From assembly GCA_043822125.1 (NCBI GenBank), contig JBDRCB010000009.1, positions 79,736 through 143,735 of the forward strand: a stretch of DNA of 64,000 nucleotides, written 5' to 3'. The notes below the pieces were generated by a model. That model saw only the letters and a list, made by a program, of their open reading frames with translations, did not search any database and was not told the DNA's origin. The DNA comes from an archaeon (lineage in GTDB: Archaea; Nanobdellota; Nanobdellia; Pacearchaeales; GW2011-AR1). This document shows positions 9,155 to 19,400 of this stretch, in pieces; within the stretch, counting starts at the first letter, position 1; each line of letters starts with the position of its first letter. Both the position numbers and the translations under genes were made by a program.

Positions 9155-12100
9155 ATGAAAAAGAAGGGGATATATTGTTTAATTTTATTTTTATTAATTA
9201 TACCAATTATCTGGGCGATTCCTCAATTATCATTTGTTCAACAAGCTCCTGCAGACATAAGCACCACTAATTTATATGATTCTGTGCTCAATATAACCTA
9301 TAACCTTACAGATGTAGCAGGACTAAATGCCTCTAGCATAAAAATTTATTATAAAACAAATTCCCCTGATTCTGATTGTTATATATACATAAATGGAACT
9401 TCTATTTGTGGTTATCAGCAAACAAGCTATTCTTCAAATTCTTCTGATTTATATTCCTTTAATTTATATGGAAGAGATGTTTATCCTGGAATTTATAATT
9501 ATAATGAAACTATAATGATTAATACAACACATCAGTCTTATTTGCTTGATTCAAATACTTCTTATCTGAAAATCAGATTGTTTAATGTATCAAACACCAA
9601 TGCTTATTCTGTTTTTGAATTATTTGCTAACGCTTCTTCTACTTCAGAGCCCCTAAGAATTTATTATTGTAATTCTTCTTTTACTTACAGAAATCCTTTG
9701 ACAAGTCCAAATTGTATAAATTTTTATAATCTAGATGCAGGCATTCCATTTAATCATACACACCCCCCCCAATCAGCACATCATCTGATTCCTTTTGCTG
9801 TAAATACAACTACTGGAAAAATTGGGGATGTTTATGTGACACCTACTTCATATTTTTTATTAAGAGGGAGAGATGACAGTGATTGGAGAGCTTATTATAT
9901 TCCGAATATATCAAGGCAAGATACAATACAAAATATGTCTTCAGGGCTTACTGCTACATTAAGGCCAGATGCTGTTGGTTCTTCCACTAACTTGGTTTCT
10001 GTCCCTACTGGCACTGCAAACTGGCAGGCTGTGGATGATGTAACTTCTGATGGGGATTTGACATATGTTCGTGGTCCTTCAACAACTGTTATTACTTATG
10101 ATTTATATAATATTTCAAATTTATCTTCTACACCTGCCTCAATAAAAAAAGTTACTGTTTATATTGTTGTTAGGGCAACTACTCAATGTCAAGGATTATG
10201 TCAAGCAAGAACAGAATTAAGAACAAATGGGGTGGACTATCATGGAACAACAATAACTCTTTCAGGAACTGCTTATACAATTTATTCTACAGAATATATA
10301 AATAACCCAAGTACAGGACAACCCTGGACAGAAGATGAAATCAATGCCTTACAAGTTGGAGTTGGATTAAAAAGTAACAGGGACAGTAATAACTGGAGAG
10401 CGCGGGCAACACAAGTATATGCAATTGTAGAATATACAGACTGGACTAATTTTTCCGGGACTGTTGATGCACATCTACATCAATATGATGGCTCGGATAT
10501 TTTTTATTATTATACCTGTGCAAATGATAATTCTGGGAATGAAAATTGTTCTGCACTGAAGTTTGATGTGATTGATTTAAGAGGATTGCCTCCGATAGCT
10601 CCTGAAGTATATGCTCCTGTAACTAATTATTACTCAGGAGAAATAGTCATAAATTACACAGAATCTATGTCTCCTAATGAATACCCTATATCTTACTATA
10701 ATATATCTCTTTTTTATCCTAATGTAACATTTGTCCAAACAATCCAAGCAAATAATAGCATAAGTTTATCTTATATATGGAATAGTAGTGAGGCCAGTGA
10801 CGGAAGCTATAGAATTAGTGTAGAAGCGTGCGATAATCAAGGACAATGTTCTTCAGGAAGGTCTCAAATATTTTTAATAGATAATACAAAACCAGTTGTA
10901 AATTTCACTCTGCCAACTGAAATCTCAGGAAGCAATTTATCTAGAAATTATATCTATGTAAATGTAACTTCAATAGATACTAATTTTGATAGAATAAGAA
11001 TATTATTATACAACTCATCACAAAACCACATTCAGACAGCTTCTGAATTTTCCTCTCCTGCTTTCTGGAACTTTATTGATCTTGAAGATGGAATTTATTA
11101 CTTCAATGCAACTGCTTTTGATTTAGCAGGTAATTCTAATTCAACTGAAACAAGAAATGTAACAATTGACACAACAGGCCCGGTTGTGCAATTTGTCTCT
11201 TCAACAACTTCTGATGGATATCATAATCAAACCTGGATTTATGCAAATGTAACTGCAGTTGATGCACTTTCTGAATTAAAAAATATAACTATTTACTTAT
11301 ATAACTCAACAGAAAATTTAATTAATTCTACAAATAGCACAACATCTCCTCTGCAGATTAACTTCACGGGCCTTGCTTATGATACATATTTTATAAATGC
11401 AACTGCTTATGATGTTTTGAATAATTCAGATTCCTCAGAAACAATAGCAATAGTTTTATCTGCAACACCAGATACAACTCCTCCAGCTTCTGTAACTTAT
11501 TTAAATTCTAGTGTTGTTAATAATACAGCAATCGCCTGGCAGTGGACAAATCCTTTAGATGAAGATTTTGACTCTGCAATTTTATATCTAAATAGTGTGA
11601 ATATAATAAATACATCAAATAATTATTACAATGCAACAGATTTATCTTGCAACACAGAATATCACTTAACAATCCACACAAATGATTACAGCAACAATGT
11701 AAACACAGCAGATGTTACAAATACAAACACAACAAGTGCCTGTCCAGACACAGCCCCTCCTGCCTCTGTAACAGGCTTATTTTCTAATGTTATAAGCTCA
11801 ACTATAATTAGTTGGCAATGGAATAATCCTGGAGATGCAGATTTCAGTTCCACAATCTTATATTTAAATGGTATAAACGTGGCTGACACTACAAATGAAG
11901 ATTATAATGCTACTGGATTAACATGTAACACCCAATATAATCTAACAATCAATACAAGAGATACTCTTTGGAATATTAATACTGTTGATGTGACAGATAC
12001 TGCCACAACAAGTGCCTGTCCAGGCACACCTGCTGTAACTCCTTCTGGAAGTAGCAGGAGGGGAAGTTATATTATTTATAGACCCACACAAGAAGAACTA

Positions 12101-12574
12101 AATAATGGGTATACAAAAATTATGTATCAAAATTGGGAAGTTTATTTCATAATAGAAAATAAATCCCATACTCTTAAAATCAACTATATTATCTCAGATG
12201 CTGTCAAAATTAGTATTTCATCTGAAATTCAAGAGGCCACACTTCTAAAAGGAGAAGAAAAGAAATTTGAAATGACAGGAGACAATTATTATGATTTACT
12301 GGTTAAATTAAATTCTATTGATTATTCCACAGTTAACCTCACTATAAAAACAATTCATGAAGAAAAAGAAAAAATAAATATTCCTGTAAATGAGATCCTA
12401 ACCAATGAAACGCCAACAGAAAATAAAACAGAGATTGAAAAAATTGAACCAATTTTAAAATGGAAGTTGTTTGTCGCCATAATTGTCGTTATTTTTATAT
12501 TAATTCTATTAGGTGACAACATCAAGAAAAAAACTCTACGATACAGAAAATATTCAAAAGTTCGGATTTTTTGA
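9155..12574 (+). CDS. Large secreted, sequon-rich surface protein with tandem Ig/FN3-like repeats and a C-terminal TM anchor
   Basis: Signal peptide MKKKGIYCLILFLLIIPIIWA and dozens of N-x-S/T sequons. Two 92-aa tandem repeats (11468..11743 and 11744..12019) and two further repeats of about 95 aa. C-terminal hydrophobic helix plus a basic tail. Start moved to ATG 9155, where a TATA core lies 29 nt upstream; the track start 9092 is non-ATG. Confidence 0.85.
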   Translation: MKKKGIYCLILFLLIIPIIWAIPQLSFVQQAPADISTTNLYDSVLNITYNLTDVAGLNASSIKIYYKTNSPDSDCYIYINGTSICGYQQTSYSSNSSDLYSFNLYGRDVYPGIYNYNETIMINTTHQSYLLDSNTSYLKIRLFNVSNTNAYSVFELFANASSTSEPLRIYYCNSSFTYRNPLTSPNCINFYNLDAGIPFNHTHPPQSAHHLIPFAVNTTTGKIGDVYVTPTSYFLLRGRDDSDWRAYYIPNISRQDTIQNMSSGLTATLRPDAVGSSTNLVSVPTGTANWQAVDDVTSDGDLTYVRGPSTTVITYDLYNISNLSSTPASIKKVTVYIVVRATTQCQGLCQARTELRTNGVDYHGTTITLSGTAYTIYSTEYINNPSTGQPWTEDEINALQVGVGLKSNRDSNNWRARATQVYAIVEYTDWTNFSGTVDAHLHQYDGSDIFYYYTCANDNSGNENCSALKFDVIDLRGLPPIAPEVYAPVTNYYSGEIVINYTESMSPNEYPISYYNISLFYPNVTFVQTIQANNSISLSYIWNSSEASDGSYRISVEACDNQGQCSSGRSQIFLIDNTKPVVNFTLPTEISGSNLSRNYIYVNVTSIDTNFDRIRILLYNSSQNHIQTASEFSSPAFWNFIDLEDGIYYFNATAFDLAGNSNSTETRNVTIDTTGPVVQFVSSTTSDGYHNQTWIYANVTAVDALSELKNITIYLYNSTENLINSTNSTTSPLQINFTGLAYDTYFINATAYDVLNNSDSSETIAIVLSATPDTTPPASVTYLNSSVVNNTAIAWQWTNPLDEDFDSAILYLNSVNIINTSNNYYNATDLSCNTEYHLTIHTNDYSNNVNTADVTNTNTTSACPDTAPPASVTGLFSNVISSTIISWQWNNPGDADFSSTILYLNGINVADTTNEDYNATGLTCNTQYNLTINTRDTLWNINTVDVTDTATTSACPGTPAVTPSGSSRRGSYIIYRPTQEELNNGYTKIMYQNWEVYFIIENKSHTLKINYIISDAVKISISSEIQEATLLKGEEKKFEMTGDNYYDLLVKLNSIDYSTVNLTIKTIHEEKEKINIPVNEILTNETPTENKTEIEKIEPILKWKLFVAIIVVIFILILLGDNIKKKTLRYRKYSKVRIF

Positions 12575-12667
12575 GTCCAAAAAATTCATAAAAGATTTTT
12601 ATGATATTTCTTGAGTCTAAGTGTTGGCTATATACCACAACTATAAGGACATTGACTTTTTTTCGAA

Positions 12668-12753
12668 TGCCCCGGACAGGATTCGAACCTGCGACTTCCA
12701 GCTTTCTTTAAATTTTAGAAGGCTGGCACTCTATCCAGCTGAGTTACCGGGGC
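12668..12753 (-). tRNA. tRNA-Arg (TCT) with a 12-nt intron at 37/38
   Basis: Acceptor GCCCCGG/CCGGGGC, D arm ACTC/GAGT, anticodon stem CCAGC/GCTGG, loop CTTCTA|A, T arm GCAGG-TTCGAAT-CCTGT. There are 19 nt between the anticodon-stem halves, which implies a 12-nt insert. Confidence 0.8.
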
Positions 12754-12793
12754 TATAAATCATAAAGAAAAAGTTGTATTTAAAATGTTTCTA

Positions 12794-13696
12794 TCATACT
12801 TCAACAACGTCAAAATCTTTGGCAATTTTGATGTTTTTAAAAATTTTTTTAGCATCATCAAGAAGGGGTTTTGCATTCTTCTCATATCTCTGGCTTATAT
12901 GTGTTAAAAATAACTTCTTCACTTTTGCTTTTTTCGCAATCTCTCCTGCTTGCTTTGAAGTCAAATGCAAATGCTCTTTTGCATGGTTCTTCATGTCCTC
13001 GCTGAAGCTGGACTCACACACAAACACATCTGCATTTTCAGCAAATTTAATAATTTTTTTGTGAAAAGAAGTATCTAATACAAAAGATATCTTCTTGCCT
13101 TCTTCAAGATAAATCAACCTTTTAGCAGAGTATTTTTTTCCTTGATAAAAAACATTTTTTCCTTGTTTGATTTTTTGAAGCAAAGGTCCTGCTGGCAGTT
13201 TAGATTTCAGTAATTTTTCCTTGTTTATCCTTCGCTGTTCTTTTAAAATAAAATTGTAAGCATTGCATGGAACCCTGTGATTCATTGCTTCTGCTTCCAA
13301 ATAAAAATCATTCGACTCAAAAAACTTTCCTGAAACTTCTTCTATCTTTACTTTATATTCTCTTTTAAATTCAAGGGCATCTAAAATACCGTCGAGAAAT
13401 TTTTTTATGCCTTTGGGACCATAAATAAAAAGAGTTTTATTATAACCACTCAAAGAAAATGTTGCAAGAAGCCCAGGAAGTCCGAGAATATGGTCTAAGT
13501 GCTTGTGTGTAATCAAAATTCTTGTTACTTTGCACGGATTTAGTTTTGCTGTTCTAAACTGCCGTTGTATGCCTTCTCCACAGTCAACTAAAATATTTTC
13601 CTCATTATAAACAAGTAAAGTTCCGCTGTGATTTCTGCTCGCGCTAGGAATGTTAGCAGAAGTTCCTAAAAAAATTATTTTAATTTTTTTTACCAT
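12794..13696 (-). CDS. rnz: Ribonuclease Z (tRNA 3' endonuclease)
   Basis: 300-aa metallo-beta-lactamase fold. ILITHKHLDHILGLPGLL (HxHxDH) with RNase Z length and layout. TATA core 29 nt upstream. Confidence 0.9.
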   Translation of the reverse strand: MVKKIKIIFLGTSANIPSASRNHSGTLLVYNEENILVDCGEGIQRQFRTAKLNPCKVTRILITHKHLDHILGLPGLLATFSLSGYNKTLFIYGPKGIKKFLDGILDALEFKREYKVKIEEVSGKFFESNDFYLEAEAMNHRVPCNAYNFILKEQRRINKEKLLKSKLPAGPLLQKIKQGKNVFYQGKKYSAKRLIYLEEGKKISFVLDTSFHKKIIKFAENADVFVCESSFSEDMKNHAKEHLHLTSKQAGEIAKKAKVKKLFLTHISQRYEKNAKPLLDDAKKIFKNIKIAKDFDVVEV

Positions 13697-13793
13697 AAAA
13701 AATTAAAGAAAAAATTGTTTAAATAACTTCTGAAAGCACAGCTAAGATAAATGCCAAGAAATCAACCTTGCGAAAATTAACAGGCTTAACGCA

Positions 13794-14045
13794 TCACTCT
13801 TTTTTTAGAGCAGTTGAAGCAGGAGATATAAAGATTATCGTATCTCCCCTTAAAAAAGTCAGTCCAAGGTTTCTCTTGATCTCGCCATTCTGCATTTCTT
13901 TGATATTGTCCAGCACTAAATTAATGTGGATATCAAAAGCGAGCAAAGTTCCAACAAACTGTTTGTCGCCTTTCAAATGCACCAAAACTTCTTTGCCCTT
14001 AGAATTGTTCAGCAAATCCAAAGGCCTTTCAATACTGTTTATCAT
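13794..14045 (-). CDS. Sm-like archaeal protein (SmAP/LSm)
   Basis: RPLDLLNNSKGKEVLVHLKGDKQFVGTLLAFDIHINLVL...FLRGDTIIFISP gives the Sm1 and Sm2 motifs. TATA core 29 nt upstream. Confidence 0.9.
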   Translation of the reverse strand: MINSIERPLDLLNNSKGKEVLVHLKGDKQFVGTLLAFDIHINLVLDNIKEMQNGEIKRNLGLTFLRGDTIIFISPASTALKKE

Positions 14046-14103
14046 TAATTAATCTCACTAAAAGTATTTTTAAACTTTTTTATTCGTGAAAAATAGTTCT
14101 CGG

Positions 14104-14116
14104 AAAAGTTTATAAA
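14104..14116 (+). promoter_or_regulatory. BRE/TATA promoter AAAAGTTTATAAA for rps8e
   Basis: The TATA core tttataaa starts 29 nt upstream of ATG 14138. The same 13-mer recurs at 14595 and 26381. Confidence 0.7.
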
Positions 14117-14137
14117 CAAAAAACCAACTTAAATGAT

Positions 14138-14506
14138 ATGAAAAAAGGGAAAAAAATTTCAGGCGGAAAATATACTAAAAGACGAAAAAAGAAAAAATAT
14201 GAACGGGTAGGACAGAAAAGAATAGTAAAACTCGGAGAAGAAAAAAGAAAACTAAAAAAAATAAGAGGGGGAAATAAAAAGGTTTTTTTGTTAAAAGCAA
14301 AAATAATAAATGTAATAAATAAAAATAAAGTTCAGAAGGCAGAAATAAAAAATGTTCTTGAAACTCCTTCAAATAAATTCCTTGCAAGGCAGAATGTTTT
14401 GACAAAGGGGACAATAGTAGATACATCTATTGGAAAAGTAAAAATAACAAACCGCCCAAGTCAAGAAGGAATGATTAATGGAGTTTTGGTAGAATTAAAA
14501 AATTAA
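14138..14506 (+). CDS. rps8e: Ribosomal protein eS8 (S8e)
   Basis: GGKYTKRRKKKKYERVG..., a basic N-terminus and a C-terminal GKVKITNRPSQEGMINGVLV typical of S8e. Confidence 0.85.
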   Translation: MKKGKKISGGKYTKRRKKKKYERVGQKRIVKLGEEKRKLKKIRGGNKKVFLLKAKIINVINKNKVQKAEIKNVLETPSNKFLARQNVLTKGTIVDTSIGKVKITNRPSQEGMINGVLVELKN

Positions 14507-14594
14507 AAATATATCAAAATAAGTTTCAGATGGATTTTCAATAAATTTTTACTATTTTAACATAATTATAAAAACCAAAAGTTTTTTATAGTCG

Positions 14595-14607
14595 AAAAGT
14601 TTATAAA
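14595..14607 (+). promoter_or_regulatory. BRE/TATA promoter AAAAGTTTATAAA for tfb
   Basis: Identical 13-mer to the rps8e promoter. The core starts 39 nt upstream of ATG 14639, which implies a short leader. Confidence 0.65.
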
Positions 14608-14638
14608 ACTTACGATTAACTCTTTTACCGACGGCAAA

Positions 14639-15565
14639 ATGGCAAATATTAAAAAATGTCCAGAATGTGGCAGTATTCACTTAACTTATGATTCTCATCT
14701 CGGAGAAATTATCTGCAATGACTGTGGTCTTGTCGTAGAAGAGAAAATGGTGGATACTGGAATTGATTTGTCTGGAAAATTTGACAAAAGTGAAAAAAAA
14801 GGGAGAGGAGGAGCTCCGATTTCTATGCAGAAATTTGATAAAGGATTAACAACAAATGTAGGGGAAATTTCAGATATTTACAAACTTGAACCCGGACAAA
14901 CACGGAAATTTTTAAGATTAAAAAAATGGCAGGAAAGAGTCTCGACTTCAATTGAAAGAAATTTAAGACTCGCGATGGCAGAATTAAGAGTTATTGCGTC
15001 TTATTTAAATCTCCCAAATGTGGTAAGAGATGAAGCCTCAAGAATTTACAATCATGTTCTGCAGAGGGGATTAGTAAGAGGAAGAAGCATGGAATCAGTA
15101 ATTGCTGCCTGTCTTTATGCTGCCTGTCGCTCCTACAACATACCACGAACCCTCGATGAAATGGCAACTGCATCAGATGTTGAAAGAAAAGAAATTGGAA
15201 GAACTTATAGATTTATAATAAGAAAAATGCAAATAAAAGTTACGCAAAGTTCTCCAAAAGATTATATCTCAAGGTTTTCTTCTGTCTTAAAACTTTCTCC
15301 AAAAACTCAAAACGATGCACTCAAGGTCTTGAAAGATGCAGACAGAGTAGAACTAACATCTGGTAGGGGTCCTGCAGGAATTGCTGCTGCAGCACTTTAC
15401 GTCGCTGCCCTGATGAATGATGAGAAAAAAACACAAAGGGAAGTTGCTGACATTGCTGGAATAACAGAAGTAACAATAAGAAACAGATACAAAGAGTTAA
15501 TAGAGAAATTAAAATTAGAAGAAAAAATAAAACTAAAAGAAAGAGAATTTTCTAAGAAAAAATAA
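14639..15565 (+). CDS. tfb: Transcription initiation factor B (TFB/TFIIB)
   Basis: N-terminal Zn ribbon CPECGS...CNDCG, a B-linker and two cyclin-fold repeats (ESVIAACLYAACR..., GIAAAALYVAA...). Confidence 0.95.
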   Translation: MANIKKCPECGSIHLTYDSHLGEIICNDCGLVVEEKMVDTGIDLSGKFDKSEKKGRGGAPISMQKFDKGLTTNVGEISDIYKLEPGQTRKFLRLKKWQERVSTSIERNLRLAMAELRVIASYLNLPNVVRDEASRIYNHVLQRGLVRGRSMESVIAACLYAACRSYNIPRTLDEMATASDVERKEIGRTYRFIIRKMQIKVTQSSPKDYISRFSSVLKLSPKTQNDALKVLKDADRVELTSGRGPAGIAAAALYVAALMNDEKKTQREVADIAGITEVTIRNRYKELIEKLKLEEKIKLKEREFSKKK

Positions 15566-15605
15566 TTCTAAACATTTTTATATTTTGAATTTATCTAAAA
15601 ATCAT

Positions 15606-15689
15606 GCGGAGATGCCGGAGTGGTCAAACGGGACGGACTCAAGATCCGTTAGCTTAGTGCTTACCTAGGTTCGAATCCTAGTCTCCGCA
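15606..15689 (+). tRNA. tRNA-Leu (CAA), class II long variable arm, no intron
   Basis: GCGGAGA...ACGGA-CTCAAGA-TCCGT, variable arm TAGCTTAGTGCTTAC, T arm CTAGG-TTCGAAT-CCTAG, acceptor TCTCCGC + A. Confidence 0.95.
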
Positions 15690-15736
15690 TTTTATTTAAT
15701 TAACATCTGTACTAACTTAATAGTAAATACAGGATA

Positions 15737-15750
15737 GAAATATTTATAAA
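15737..15750 (+). promoter_or_regulatory. Promoter 14-mer GAAATATTTATAAA
   Basis: The TATA core starts 29 nt upstream of ATG 15772. The identical 14-mer recurs four more times in the window, upstream of envelope-protein genes. Confidence 0.7.
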
Positions 15751-15771
15751 TTAAAAAATTCTAATAAAATT

Positions 15772-16416
15772 ATGGAAAAAGGCTTATCAACTATTTTAGG
15801 AACATTAGTATTAGGAACAGCAATAGCAGTAAGTGGATGCTCAGGTTCACCATTACAGATGAGAAACCCTGAAGGAGAAGTTTATAAAAAATATAATCCT
15901 GCTCCAACAACTGTAGAGAATACAAATGCTAATAGAAAAATAATAGACCATAATTTTGATTTAGCAAAAAAAGAAAGAGAAAAACTTAATGATGAAGTAT
16001 ATAGTCTTAGTAAATACGTGCGTGGCGACATAAAAGAAAGACTTGTTGCTTTAGAAGTAAATCAAGAAAAAGATGTTCAAAATAGGGGAAATTATTTTCA
16101 TTCTAATGTAACTAAGAAAGATAATCTTATATTATGGGAATTAGGTATAAGAGACTTATATTCTAGAGGAATAGTAATAAAAGACAAACCAACTAATCAT
16201 AAAAAAATTGGTTATTTAGTTCCACGGGAATCATTATTTCCTGAAGAATATTATCCAACTGCAGGAGAATATGAAATAGATACTGGAAGAAATTTCTTCG
16301 TGCCAAAAGAAGATATGGATAAAATTTTAGGAAAAATTAAAAAAATAGTCGAAAACCAAAAAGCAATGAAAATAAAAGAATTCTTAAGAGATTATATTAA
16401 GTCAAAGAAAAAATAA
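15772..16416 (+). CDS. Exported 214-aa protein. The N-terminus fits both a class-III (prepilin-like) signal and a lipobox.
   Basis: MEKG|LSTILGTLVLGTAIAVSG|CSG. K-G-L-S-T-I fits the FlaFind-type pattern, and VSGC fits a lipobox. The stop codon abuts the stop of the convergent giant gene with a 0-nt gap. Confidence 0.7.
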   Translation: MEKGLSTILGTLVLGTAIAVSGCSGSPLQMRNPEGEVYKKYNPAPTTVENTNANRKIIDHNFDLAKKEREKLNDEVYSLSKYVRGDIKERLVALEVNQEKDVQNRGNYFHSNVTKKDNLILWELGIRDLYSRGIVIKDKPTNHKKIGYLVPRESLFPEEYYPTAGEYEIDTGRNFFVPKEDMDKILGKIKKIVENQKAMKIKEFLRDYIKSKKK

Positions 16417-19400
16417 TTAAATAACTTCAAAATCAGCTATCCAATAATCAACAGCATCATTGCTACTTACTGTACAAAGAGGAATTGTATTGCTGACGTC
16501 ATTTATTATTTTAACTGTATAAGTTCCAAGAGCAAGTTTTTCTTGATTCCCTAGTGAGAGATCAGATAAGAAAAGAGATTCATCTAATAAATTAATTGAA
16601 TAAGTAGAAGAAGAATCAAATTGAATTTGTTTATTACGAACAAAATATTCTACCTCCCCTTTCTTATAAGAAATAGAAAGCATTGCTTTAACATCCTTAC
16701 AATCTTCATCTCCTCTCAAAATTAATGTAGTTGGATTAGTAAATTTTTCAGGAGATTTTAAACCTGCAGGAAATATATCTCTATCTCCTTCATTAAATTC
16801 TACAATAGAAATTCCTGCCCCTATTTTTTCACATTTTTTCTCTGCAGTTTTACAATTAACAGAACTATCAGCTGTAGTTGTTCTTGTCGCATAAACCCCA
16901 TTACCCGTCGCTGTCCTCTTAACAATAGTTGTTTCTTTTTTATCTATTTTTTCTAATAATTTTCCATAAGATTCTTTCGCAAGTCCTGCATAAGCATCTG
17001 CTTTTATCAGCAATAATCTTGCTTTTTGACTGCTCTTTGCAACTTTGCTGTAATAATTATTAACATTAACAATTTGCACTTGAAGTTCTTCTCCTTTTAA
17101 CTCTTTTATTAATTTATCAAAATTGGTATCATCTAAAAATTCTTTTTCACTTCTTAAAAATTCTAAATAAGAATCACTTACTGCTCCAAGGGTTGCATTT
17201 TCTATTTCTAAACTTTTTATTACATTTTTCACACTTTCTGTATCAAGCCAGCATCCGATATTAGGGTCATCGCAGTAACCGATTTTTCTCCATCTCGCAC
17301 TTTCTGTTCCTGCTTTTGCATCTGTCCCAACACCAGGATCACTAGTTGCGCAGATTCTTATAATTCCTCTGTTATAAATTTCAGGATTTACAGTCTCCTC
17401 AACACCAGCCTGCAAATTAGGACTCAGAAGACTATAAGCACTAGGAGTTCCTGCTATGCAATCCTCTAATCTTGTAACTGTCTCTGTTGCCTGCTCCTGC
17501 ATATACAAATCATTCATATAATCAACTGCAAATGAAGTAGACACCTGCTTGAATCCACACTCCTCTTGGTTATTAACTTTAATACACAATTCCTGATATC
17601 CTGCAGGTGCTGTAAAATCTTTTGTTTCAGAAGCATAACCTCCCATTGGTATATAACCAGATGCAACAAACCTTGGCGTCGATGTGTCCTGATAATATGC
17701 ACTACTTGTCCCGCCTTTCAAATAAACACTGTAATAAGCCCTAGACTCTTTTCCTGCATAAATATGATAAAACACTTTATATTGAGAAATAGGTGGAACT
17801 GTTGCTGTTGTGAATAGTATTTCATCAAACTTTCCATGGAACTGCGGAGGAGAGCGCGGGTCTGTGAGAGAATCAAGTAAATTTCCTCCATCAGGATAAG
17901 TGCCTGAAATTGAAACCTCGCAAACAGAATCAGTAATCCCTTCTATAAGCCTTTGTTTAAATGATGTATAAGAATTTTCAGAATAATATTGTATAAAATA
18001 ATCCATTGACTTTTCAGCATTTTGCCATGCAGAAGCAACAGTCATATATTCTCCTCCTCCTCGCGAACGCTGTCCTGCAATATACTCTAAAACTTTAGGA
18101 ATAATTATTTTTGTAAGTGGAATTGCCTGTCTCCAGAAAAACTCGCAGAGGTGTATGCTGTAAATCTCATCGCAGATTCCAACCATATCCCCTGTTGTCA
18201 AGCTCTCATTAAGGCAGTCTCTATAAGAAGTCAGAACAGAAATCCACCCGTCCATTCCTGCTTTAATTCCTGTCAAGCAAACTGGAATAGCAACACCTCC
18301 TTCAAGAGGATTTCCAAAATTAGGTAAGCACAATGCAACACTTCCGATTATTCCTGACTGCACAACATCCTGAACAGGAAAAGTGCCCCCAAAATCACAC
18401 CTGCTCGACGGGCATATAACAGGGTCGCACACATTAAATAAAACATTGCACTCTGTAGCAGACATTAAATCATAGCACTGAATATCAGGAATATCCACAG
18501 CAGGTTTTCCGACGAGAACACTAATTGAACCACCACATTGAGTTGAAACTGAAATTTTATTAATACTTTGTTTATACTGTCTTTGTGCATCTTGTACTGC
18601 TTTTATTGCACATGAAACTAATTTAGATGCTTCACTTTCACTTAAACCATGAAAAAAATTCAATGGCTGTCCAGTAGCAAGATTAATCATTATACACTCG
18701 TCATCTCCTTTTCTATTGTTTTCAATTCCATCAGTACCAATATTGCAAACCCAAAAACTATTTAATCTTCCAGAGGTTTGATAAGAAGTTGTTGCATCTG
18801 TCGTCGGAAGCGACTGGCTCACAGAAACATACCACCCGTTCTTTAAATCAAACGGAACAATCGCAGGCGTGCCCTTATACGGCTCTGTTTCATAATACCT
18901 CGCATAAACTTTTGTCTCTCCTTCTGAATATTTATATTCATTTTGATAAAGTGTTCTATCACTAAAAACAACATTAGCATTTTGAATTTCTTTGTAATTT
19001 GGATCGCAGTATGGTTGATTTATTTGGTCTGTTGAAGCGCAATCAATTAACTTGTTTAAATCTTCATCATAAATATCTTTTACCCTATACTGACTTACAC
19101 TAATTTTCTCTAACTCAAGATAATAAGTTTTTCCTTTATGAAGTAATAATTGAATATAGGCTCCTTTCTGAATAGATTTCATATTATTAGGTACGACTGC
19201 TCCTGTATAATAAATAGTTCCTACTCTTTTTTCAGTTGGTAAATTTATTGTAGCCACATCACTATCAAGTCCATATTCTTCCTTTGCTGTTGTTTGAAAA
19301 GTAGTTTTTTCAACATAATCTCCTGCTGCCTTATTAATATCAAAAGCAAGAGCATAAAGTTCTCTCTTTGCTATTTTATTCTCAGGGTCTTTTTCCAAAA

